A stretch of DNA of 64,000 bases from an uncultured Verrucomicrobiae bacterium (GTDB taxonomy: Bacteria > Verrucomicrobiota > Verrucomicrobiia > Chthoniobacterales > JAFAMB01), in assembly GCA_963837955.1 (NCBI GenBank), contig CAWIPH010000002.1:2528001-2592000 (forward strand). Direction: 5' to 3'. How positions within the stretch are numbered: the stretch's first letter is position 1; each line of letters begins with the position of its first letter. Positions 57,212 through 64,000 of this stretch are shown here, one piece after another. A model generated the notes under the pieces. The model ran no database searches. It had not been told where the DNA came from and worked only from the letters and a program-made list of their open reading frames with translations. The position numbers were made by a program, and so were the translations under genes.

Positions 57212-60200
57212 TCATCGGGGAATCATGACGAGAATTTTGAGTCGAAGACGTTGGGCAGACAGGTCTGTTGGATCCGCGAGAAGCCCCTTATCGATGGCAG
57301 CAAGCGCTAGTTTTGGCTGATGTTGCTCCAGGAGCATCTCGCTTGCGCGCGTGCAAGGCACAATGTCTTTTGGAAGCCTGGCCAGGCCGAATGAGCGAAG
57401 AAAGTCAGCGCGCCCGGAGTCAGTTTCGAACTTTGCCAATGCGACATGAAGCAGCGGATTATCGGGTAGGAAAACCAAGGCATTTCGTAGCCATTCTTCT
57501 GTTACGTTCGGATTCGTCAAAAGGGCATTGTCTATCCAGTCGACAACTTTGACGTCGCTCGCCGGAAAGACCGTTCGGTCGCCACTCGTACCGAAAAACC
57601 AGCGTAAAAACCGTGCGTCGGGACGAAGGCCTTGTGCTAAATCTTTTAATTCCTTCGTCAGCTGCGATCTGCGTTGTTCATTGACCGCAACGAGCGAGCC
57701 CTCGTCTGAGAATCGGAGTCCGCTGGCGATATCTGAGAGTGCTTCGATTTGGAGCGGCTGAGAACCGGCCATCGAAACTGATGAACCTATTCGCGCTGTG
57801 TGTCCGTCCGATTCTTTCACCAGTCTAGCCAGCTCGGTTGGAGTAGCCGCGTCCCAGAGTTTAGCGGTGTCATCCGCGCTCGCCGTAAGGATGCGGGTAC
57901 CGTCGGGACTAAAGACTGCGGATCGAACCGTATCTTGATGGGTAAAAGACGCGATGAGCTTTCCTGAGGCCGCATCCCAAAGCTTGGCAGTGTTATCCAC
58001 ACTCGCTGTGAGGATGCGGGCACCGTCCGGACTAAAGACCGCGCAGCGGACCCCATCCTGATGAGTAAAAATCGCAATGAGCGTTCCTGAGGTCGCATCC
58101 CAGAGCCTGGCCGTTTTGTCCGCGCTTGCCGTCAGGATCCGGGTACCGTCGGGGCTAAACGCCACATGGTTGACACTATCCTCGTGGGCGAAGGAGTTGA
58201 TGGGCTTGCCCGATGTCGTTTCCCAAAGTTTAGCCGTCTTGTCCGCGCTTGCCGTCAGGATCCGGGTACCGTCGGGACTAAAGGCCACATGGCTGACGCC
58301 ATCCTCATGGATGAAGGAGGTGATGAGCTTCCCCGATGTCGCATCCCAGAGTTTGGCGGTTTTGTCCGCGCTCGCCGTCAGGATCCGCGCACCGTCGGGG
58401 CTGAACGCTGCGGCATTGACACTCTCCTGATGGATAAAGGAGGCGATCAGCTTACCCGTTGCTGGATCCCAGAGCTTGGCGCTGCGATCCGCGCTTGCTG
58501 TCAAGATCCGGGCGCCGTCCGGACTAAAGACTGCGGCGTTCACACTATCCTCGTGCGGAAAAGATGCTATGAGCTTGCCCGAGGCAGCCTCCCAAAGCCT
58601 GGCCGTTTTGTCCGCGCTCGCCGTCAAGATCCGTGTGCCGTCCGGACTAAACGCTGCGTCGTTCACGCTATCTTCATGGTCAAAGGAGGCGATAAACTCG
58701 CCCGAGGCCACCTCCCAGAGCTTTACAGTCTTGTCCCAGCTCGCGGTCAAGATCCGGCCGCCGTCCGGACTAAACGCTGCGTCATTCACCTCATCCTCGT
58801 GGGCAAAGGAAGCGATGAGTTTACCCGATGGCGCCCAAAGCTTCGCCGTTTTGTCCCAGCTTGCCGTCAAGATCCGGGCGCCGTCCGGGCTGAACGCCGC
58901 ATGATAGACCCCATCCTGATGGTCAAAGGAGGCGATAAGCTTGCCCGAGGCAGCCTCCCAGAGCTTCGCGGATCTGTCGGCACTTGCTGTAATGACCCGC
59001 GTGCCGTCCGGACTGAATGCCGCATAGTAAACGCCATCCTGATGGTCAAAGGAGGCGATAGGGCGGGCTGAATCCGCCTCCCAAACCGTGGCGGTCTTGT
59101 CCGCGCTTGCCGTCAGGATCCGAACACCGTCTGGGCTGAACACACCACAGTAAACGATACCCTGGTGGGCAAAGGAGGCGACAAGGGTGGCCGACGCTGC
59201 GTCCCACAGCTTGGCAGTCTTATCAGCGCTTGCCGTGAGGATCCGCGTACCGTCGGGACTAAACGCCGCGGCATTGACACTGGCTTCATGGACAAACGAA
59301 TTAATGAGCTTGCCTGAGCTCGCCTCCCAAAGCTTGGCGGTTTTGTCTGCGCTCGCCGTCAGGACGCGAGTACCGTCGGGACTAAACGTCGCATCGCTGA
59401 CGCTGTCCTGGTGGGTAAATGAGGCGATGAGCTTACCCGAAGCCGCGTCCCACAGTTTCGCGGTCTTGTCCGCGCTTGCGGTCAGGATGAGTGTGCCATC
59501 CGGACTAAACCTGGCAGCATTGACTGCACCCTGGTGAGCCAGGGAGAAAATGAGCTTGCCGGAGTTCGCCTCCCAAAGCCTAGCGGTTCTGTCCCAGCTT
59601 GCCGAGAGTATCCGCGTACCGTCGGGACTAAACGCCGCATGATATACCACATCGTCGTGAGCAAAGGAGGCGACAAGTGGTGACAACGCTCTTTCCCGAT
59701 GAACCATTAGCTCTTGGAAGAATCGTTCTGCAGCAACTTGATTTTCCGGGTCGAACTTGATCGCGCGCGCAAGAAGGGCAATGGCTTCCGGCCATTCTCC
59801 CAACTGGAACTGACGCTCAGCCTGGTTGAAGCTTGCCCAGCTCGCCTGTCGCAATTGTTCCTGCAACTTCGCAGTTAGTTGCGCTTCAGACTTAAAAGCT
59901 CGGGCTGCGCTCTGCCGTTGCCGCTCCGCCTGGAACCATTGAAACCCGGCGACGATTGCTAGAATGCTGATCGCAGCCATGACCGCGTACCGAATCCGCT
60001 CTTGAATCTGTTTACTCCGTTTCCGCTCGGCTATGCTCGCGCAGACGTAATTAGTCTGTTCCTGGCTGAGAGACAGCCCAAAATCGTTGACCAACTTTTC
60101 TCCTTCGGCCAGAGGGAGTCCCGGCCTGAGGAGGTCATCCTTCTGTTTGCCGCGGCTTAGCCACAGCTTCAGGCTGGAATCCAAGCGGTCCCGCATCCGG

Positions 60201-62263
60201 AGAAACTCACGGTTCTCGCTCAACCACTCCTTAACGCGGTGCCATTCCCGCAACAGCGCTTCGTGCGCAACGGTTACGGTGACCTCTCCGTGAGGATCGG
60301 TGTCTGCAACCAACAGCCGTTTTTCGATGAACAGATCAACAAAGCCCTTTGCACCGGCTTTCTGATCGTGGCCGATACTGTCTGAAACAACCAGATCGCG
60401 GTAAGGCACCGTCCGCCGGTTGGCTACTTCCTCTTCCCCTTGGCCCAACGTAACCAGATACCGCATCACCAACGGAAACGCCTTTTGCTCATCCGGTTGC
60501 AGCGTGCTGAATACGGCCTCGGCGTGCTTGGCTAGCGCTCCTTCTAATTCGCCTAGTTCGCGATAGTCAGACCACCGGAGCAAGTCATCGCCCCGCACAA
60601 CCTGCCTTTCGTATAGCAACGATAAAACGTGCTCGAGCAACGGCAGAGATTCCGGGGTGGCTGCGGCAGCATCTCGTAAAGCCTCATCCAAGCGTTGGCC
60701 AGTCAGGTGGTCCTGTTCGAAACGAACGCCAGCCGCTTCGGCCGGGAGTCGAATCATATTTCCGATTTCGTCCGGGTTAGGTGGCCGGAGATCGTATTTG
60801 CCTGCCGGCTTCACCAATTCAACCAAATCATTGAACTGTTGATAACGAGCGTAAAAATCGTTGCGAAGCGTGGCGAGCACAAATACCCGCCCGCTCCGGG
60901 CAAGCACTGAGAGTGCGCTAATGAACTTCAATTGCAGCTGCTCAGAAAAACCAGATGTGAACAGCTCTTCCAGCTGATCAACAATCAGGGCCAGACGAGT
61001 CCGGGGCGCCTGGAGCTTAGCAAGTTGCAGGTGAGCATGAGCCGCGTCGGCGTCGCGCTGCTGCCGTCGGAAATTTGACTCCAGCTCGCGAAGCCTTTCT
61101 TCCTGACGCAAACAGTATTCTAAGGAAACTTGATTGAGCTTATCCTTAACCCGATCGGCAACTCCCTGAGGATTGGCGCGCAGCTCGGCGGCCAGGTCTT
61201 TCACCGGCTGCTTCGATTCGAGGTCCGCCAACTTCGGCAGTGCTTCCTCCGCTAGAAGTCCAACGGCCAACGCGTCAAACATGTCGCTCTGCGATCCGGC
61301 CATTGCCGGGCGCATTACCGCTCGCCGCCAAAGCCCTATTCCTTCAATCACACCCGGCTCAATCAACAGCGGCAGAACTCCAGCGCGGACCAAGGAACTC
61401 TTGCCTGAACCGCTTGCCCCAAGCACCAACACAAATGGTCGGTCAGCCTCGGCTTGTTGAATCAGTGCGGTCAAAACTCCATCGATCGCCGATGTCCGGC
61501 CGGCAAAGACGGCCGCGTGGTCGAAATCGAAAACCTGAAGCCCTCGGAATGGATTGCCCTTCCACCGTCGAGCCTGCACTCGCTGTGCCAGCCACCTCCG
61601 TTGGCGCTCGTCAGAAACCTGAGTCAACAGGAAGTCCCGAAAATGCTCCCGAAACAATTCCTCGAAGCCTTCAAGGTTGTCATAGTTATTGAACGCCCCG
61701 ATAAACTGGCCCTTGCTGTCTTTTTCCCAGGACTCGAAAAAGTCTTTGAGCAAGTCCCATTGTCGAAAAAATTCTTCTCGTTTTTCCGGCGGATCGAGTG
61801 GCGGGTTGGGTTGACTTCGGTTGCGATACACCTGCAGCGCCGGTACGCCAGGAGTCTTTTCGCGCTGCGCCTTGGCCCAAGCGATTTCGTATTCCGTGCC
61901 CGATCGTGGTTCACTCCCATCCGGCATCAGAAAACGGGAATGTAATTTCGTGCCCAGGCGCGACCACAGAATGCTGATCACCAGATCGAAGCGAGACGTA
62001 TTTGGAATCTGGTCCTGGTAACCGAGTTCTGGTGAAAACCTCTGGTATTCCCAAAAATACGGACAAAGAATCAGTTCGCCCGATTCCGGTTCGCCGGAAA
62101 TAATTCGGGACTCGGTTGGTTCCAAATCACGCAGAAGATTCGAATACTGAACACTGATTGGAATGCCCAGTTCCTCCGCTATCGCGCGAATCAACCGTTC
62201 CGCGATAGTTCGTTCTGCTTGAACATCTCCCGGAGAAGAAACAAAAACCTTGATGGTTTTCAT
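57212..62263 (-). CDS. NLR-like protein: DUF4062-like N-terminal domain, nSTAND1 NTPase, TM helix, 15 WD40 repeats
   Basis: [12 protein letters not shown] and [65 protein letters not shown]; 15 FSPDG repeats. Confidence 0.9.
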   Translation of the reverse strand: MKTIKVFVSSPGDVQAERTIAERLIRAIAEELGIPISVQYSNLLRDLEPTESRIISGEPESGELILCPYFWEYQRFSPELGYQDQIPNTSRFDLVISILWSRLGTKLHSRFLMPDGSEPRSGTEYEIAWAKAQREKTPGVPALQVYRNRSQPNPPLDPPEKREEFFRQWDLLKDFFESWEKDSKGQFIGAFNNYDNLEGFEELFREHFRDFLLTQVSDERQRRWLAQRVQARRWKGNPFRGLQVFDFDHAAVFAGRTSAIDGVLTALIQQAEADRPFVLVLGASGSGKSSLVRAGVLPLLIEPGVIEGIGLWRRAVMRPAMAGSQSDMFDALAVGLLAEEALPKLADLESKQPVKDLAAELRANPQGVADRVKDKLNQVSLEYCLRQEERLRELESNFRRQQRDADAAHAHLQLAKLQAPRTRLALIVDQLEELFTSGFSEQLQLKFISALSVLARSGRVFVLATLRNDFYARYQQFNDLVELVKPAGKYDLRPPNPDEIGNMIRLPAEAAGVRFEQDHLTGQRLDEALRDAAAATPESLPLLEHVLSLLYERQVVRGDDLLRWSDYRELGELEGALAKHAEAVFSTLQPDEQKAFPLVMRYLVTLGQGEEEVANRRTVPYRDLVVSDSIGHDQKAGAKGFVDLFIEKRLLVADTDPHGEVTVTVAHEALLREWHRVKEWLSENREFLRMRDRLDSSLKLWLSRGKQKDDLLRPGLPLAEGEKLVNDFGLSLSQEQTNYVCASIAERKRSKQIQERIRYAVMAAISILAIVAGFQWFQAERQRQSAARAFKSEAQLTAKLQEQLRQASWASFNQAERQFQLGEWPEAIALLARAIKFDPENQVAAERFFQELMVHRERALSPLVASFAHDDVVYHAAFSPDGTRILSASWDRTARLWEANSGKLIFSLAHQGAVNAARFSPDGTLILTASADKTAKLWDAASGKLIASFTHQDSVSDATFSPDGTRVLTASADKTAKLWEASSGKLINSFVHEASVNAAAFSPDGTRILTASADKTAKLWDAASATLVASFAHQGIVYCGVFSPDGVRILTASADKTATVWEADSARPIASFDHQDGVYYAAFSPDGTRVITASADRSAKLWEAASGKLIASFDHQDGVYHAAFSPDGARILTASWDKTAKLWAPSGKLIASFAHEDEVNDAAFSPDGGRILTASWDKTVKLWEVASGEFIASFDHEDSVNDAAFSPDGTRILTASADKTARLWEAASGKLIASFPHEDSVNAAVFSPDGARILTASADRSAKLWDPATGKLIASFIHQESVNAAAFSPDGARILTASADKTAKLWDATSGKLITSFIHEDGVSHVAFSPDGTRILTASADKTAKLWETTSGKPINSFAHEDSVNHVAFSPDGTRILTASADKTARLWDATSGTLIAIFTHQDGVRCAVFSPDGARILTASVDNTAKLWDAASGKLIASFTHQDTVRSAVFSPDGTRILTASADDTAKLWDAATPTELARLVKESDGHTARIGSSVSMAGSQPLQIEALSDIASGLRFSDEGSLVAVNEQRRSQLTKELKDLAQGLRPDARFLRWFFGTSGDRTVFPASDVKVVDWIDNALLTNPNVTEEWLRNALVFLPDNPLLHVALAKFETDSGRADFLRSFGLARLPKDIVPCTRASEMLLEQHQPKLALAAIDKGLLADPTDLSAQRLRLKILVMIPR
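57845..59670 (-). repeat. Intragenic array of 15 highly similar ~123-bp WD40-coding repeats
   Basis: Recurring CCGTCGGGACTAAA and GTCCGCGCTTGCCGTCAGGAT with ~123-bp period. Confidence 0.9.
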
Positions 62264-62486
62264 CGTGCGACGGAAACGGCGAGGTCTGATTGGCTCCGCG
62301 CCCCGAAACGAGGTTTGATTTGTCAACCGGGCACCAGCCTTTACCGCGATATAACCAGCAAGACTGGCAAACTCGGGGACATTGGCGCAAGAAGATTCCG
62401 AAAAGCGCAAATGACGTTATTGGTTGTCGGCCATCATGGGAACTGAAACGTCCGGATTTTCAGAGGCGGCGGCGCTGATCGGCTAT

Positions 62487-62564
62487 GTCATCAGTCCATC
62501 GAGCGATGCCGTCCAAACCAGCGTCACCTGTCGCTGGCCGAACCGAAACTTTCGGTGAGCCAGA
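62487..62564 (+). repeat. Right copy of the ~79-bp direct repeat
   Basis: Matches 54409-54487 in the same orientation with one indel and several substitutions. Confidence 0.85.
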
Positions 62565-62671
62565 CCTTGAGAATGAAAAGACGGCGAGGGAGGAGAAAGG
62601 CGCTGCCTTCTCTTCCGTGCTCGTAACTTACAGTTTCGCGACCGCTTCAAAGAATTCCGACATTTCGCTGT

Positions 62672-63808
62672 CTATGAGTTCGCGCTCATCTCGGTTGCAA
62701 CAGTTACCTCAATTGGAAGCAGGTGATTGATCACGTAACTGGCATAGTTCTCGTCATGCTTGTCAGGCTGAACATCGCCATTGGCATCTTTTGCGCGGGA
62801 CAGCAATGTGTATTGGCCCGGCTTCTTCGGTGTAACCCAATCAAATTTCCAACGTCGCCACGCATGCTGTTGAACAGGATCTACGAATTCTGCCTGGGCC
62901 CAGGTTTGCCCACCGTCAGTGCTTACTGAGATCTCTGTTGCTTCGGTTTCCCCGGCCCAGGCAGCGCCAAACACTGTGTATGTCTGGTTCGGCGCAAGTG
63001 TTTCATAAGCAGTTGGCCGGAAGATCTCGGACTTCAGCTTTATTTCTCCCAGCGCGCGTCGCACTGGCTTTCCATCGACATAATCCCAATACGCGTAGTC
63101 CGATGTTTGCCAGTAACCTTGAAATGGTTCTCGTACAGCGTAGATCCGCGTCAGCCACTTGACAGAAGCCATTGCGTAATGACCCGGTACAATCGCGCGG
63201 ACCGGATATCCATGATCTGGGGAAAGGTCACGGCCGTTCATTTGGTAAGCAATCAGCACTTCCGGCTGAAGTGCTTTTGTTCGAGGCAAACTTCGGGCAT
63301 AGGAGATCGGACCGGGGGGTATCGCCCCTTCCTTCGGTACTCCACGATCAGGTCCTTCCAGCACGATCTCACAAGCGTCTGCTTCCAAACCGGCGCGCTC
63401 GAGCAAAACGCGCAGAGGCACCCCGGTCCATTCTGCATTTCCCACTGCGCCGAGTTCCCACTGAGCTCCTTGAACCTGGGGAACGAGGAAGACCCGACTA
63501 TTACCGGCGCACTCCAAGATGGCGATGTGCGTCTCGGCCGGCATGTCTCGCAGTTCCTGGTAGGTTATTGAAAACGGACTCTTCACCGCGCCATCGATCT
63601 GCAGCCGGTAAGAAGCCAGCTCTAGCTTCGGTGCTGGGGAGTGACTGCGTACGTAGAACAGCTCCGGCGGAGTCAGAAACGAGTCAACCCGATCGAGGGG
63701 AGTCTCCAACACCTTTGGCTCCTTCTGGCGAGTGATCAGGCCAATTGAAGACGATTGCCGAGCTTGGTTGCCCTCGCCTTGGGCGTAGTGCTTTTGAGTA
63801 TCTTCCAT
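62672..63808 (-). CDS. Sulfite oxidase-family molybdopterin oxidoreductase
   Basis: FYVRSH, LECAGNSR (Mo-ligand Cys), WTGVPL, DHGYPVRAIVPG, SVKWL. Confidence 0.92.
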   Translation of the reverse strand: MEDTQKHYAQGEGNQARQSSSIGLITRQKEPKVLETPLDRVDSFLTPPELFYVRSHSPAPKLELASYRLQIDGAVKSPFSITYQELRDMPAETHIAILECAGNSRVFLVPQVQGAQWELGAVGNAEWTGVPLRVLLERAGLEADACEIVLEGPDRGVPKEGAIPPGPISYARSLPRTKALQPEVLIAYQMNGRDLSPDHGYPVRAIVPGHYAMASVKWLTRIYAVREPFQGYWQTSDYAYWDYVDGKPVRRALGEIKLKSEIFRPTAYETLAPNQTYTVFGAAWAGETEATEISVSTDGGQTWAQAEFVDPVQQHAWRRWKFDWVTPKKPGQYTLLSRAKDANGDVQPDKHDENYASYVINHLLPIEVTVATEMSANS

Positions 63809-64000
63809 GATTTTTTCCTAACTAAATTTGTTTACCACTACCCTGATTAGAAATGGCGGACCAAAAGAGCCACGGTTGTCCAAGTTCTGACACTCCGAGG
63901 TACACGCTTTCGGCCTGCATTCTTTGATAGTCGCCACTTGCTAATTCGCTTATCTCATCTGGTACCAGTCTCGGTTCGCTGCCACCACATCCTCATGCTC

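Noticed and set aside
57528..59676. Several long + strand ORFs with repeated motifs
   Set aside because: Antisense shadows of the WD40 repeats
1..64000. tRNA, rRNA, riboswitches, intact transposases, reverse transcriptases
   Set aside because: None recognised by eye; a covariance-model search (Infernal/tRNAscan-SE) would be needed to exclude small RNAs

Overview
This 64 kb window is bacterial accessory-type chromosome. Its gene families and REP-like repeats suggest a soil Verrucomicrobia/PVC organism (inference). I found no rRNA, tRNA, CRISPR array or intact mobile element. (1) 4.1-26 kb is an ECF sigma-factor island. It holds an ECF42-type sigma (YciI/DGPF-linked) and a SigG/ECF56-type sigma (SnoaL extension) among YciI, DoxX, two DUF899, two VOC, GyrI, NmrA and amidase genes. 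Ten intergenic copies of a TGTC-N19-CG(T/A)C promoter motif map the ECF42-like regulon, and an exact SigG-type motif precedes the second DUF899 gene. (2) 26-54 kb is a mixed metabolic stretch: SDRs, beta-carbonic anhydrase, crotonase, two LysR regulators, Zn-ADH, a decayed ALDH, a StyA-like monooxygenase, PanE, MFS transporters, an alpha-hydroxy-acid oxidase and a serine hydrolase. It also carries an ECF sigma paired with a Ser/Thr kinase-NTPase-TPR protein, next to an integrase remnant. (3) 54.4-62.6 kb is an ~8 kb module bracketed by ~79-bp direct repeats. It encodes a TPR-SLOG-degenerate-cyclase protein, a YHS protein and a membrane NLR-like protein (DUF4062-like domain, nSTAND1 NTPase, 15 WD40 repeats). 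This module is the best candidate for an undescribed nucleotide-signalling or immune system. Other oddities are a ClpP homologue lacking all three catalytic residues, nested palindromic REP/REPIN-like elements and a 16 x 10-bp phased repeat. All family assignments come from reading motifs by eye; no database searches were run.
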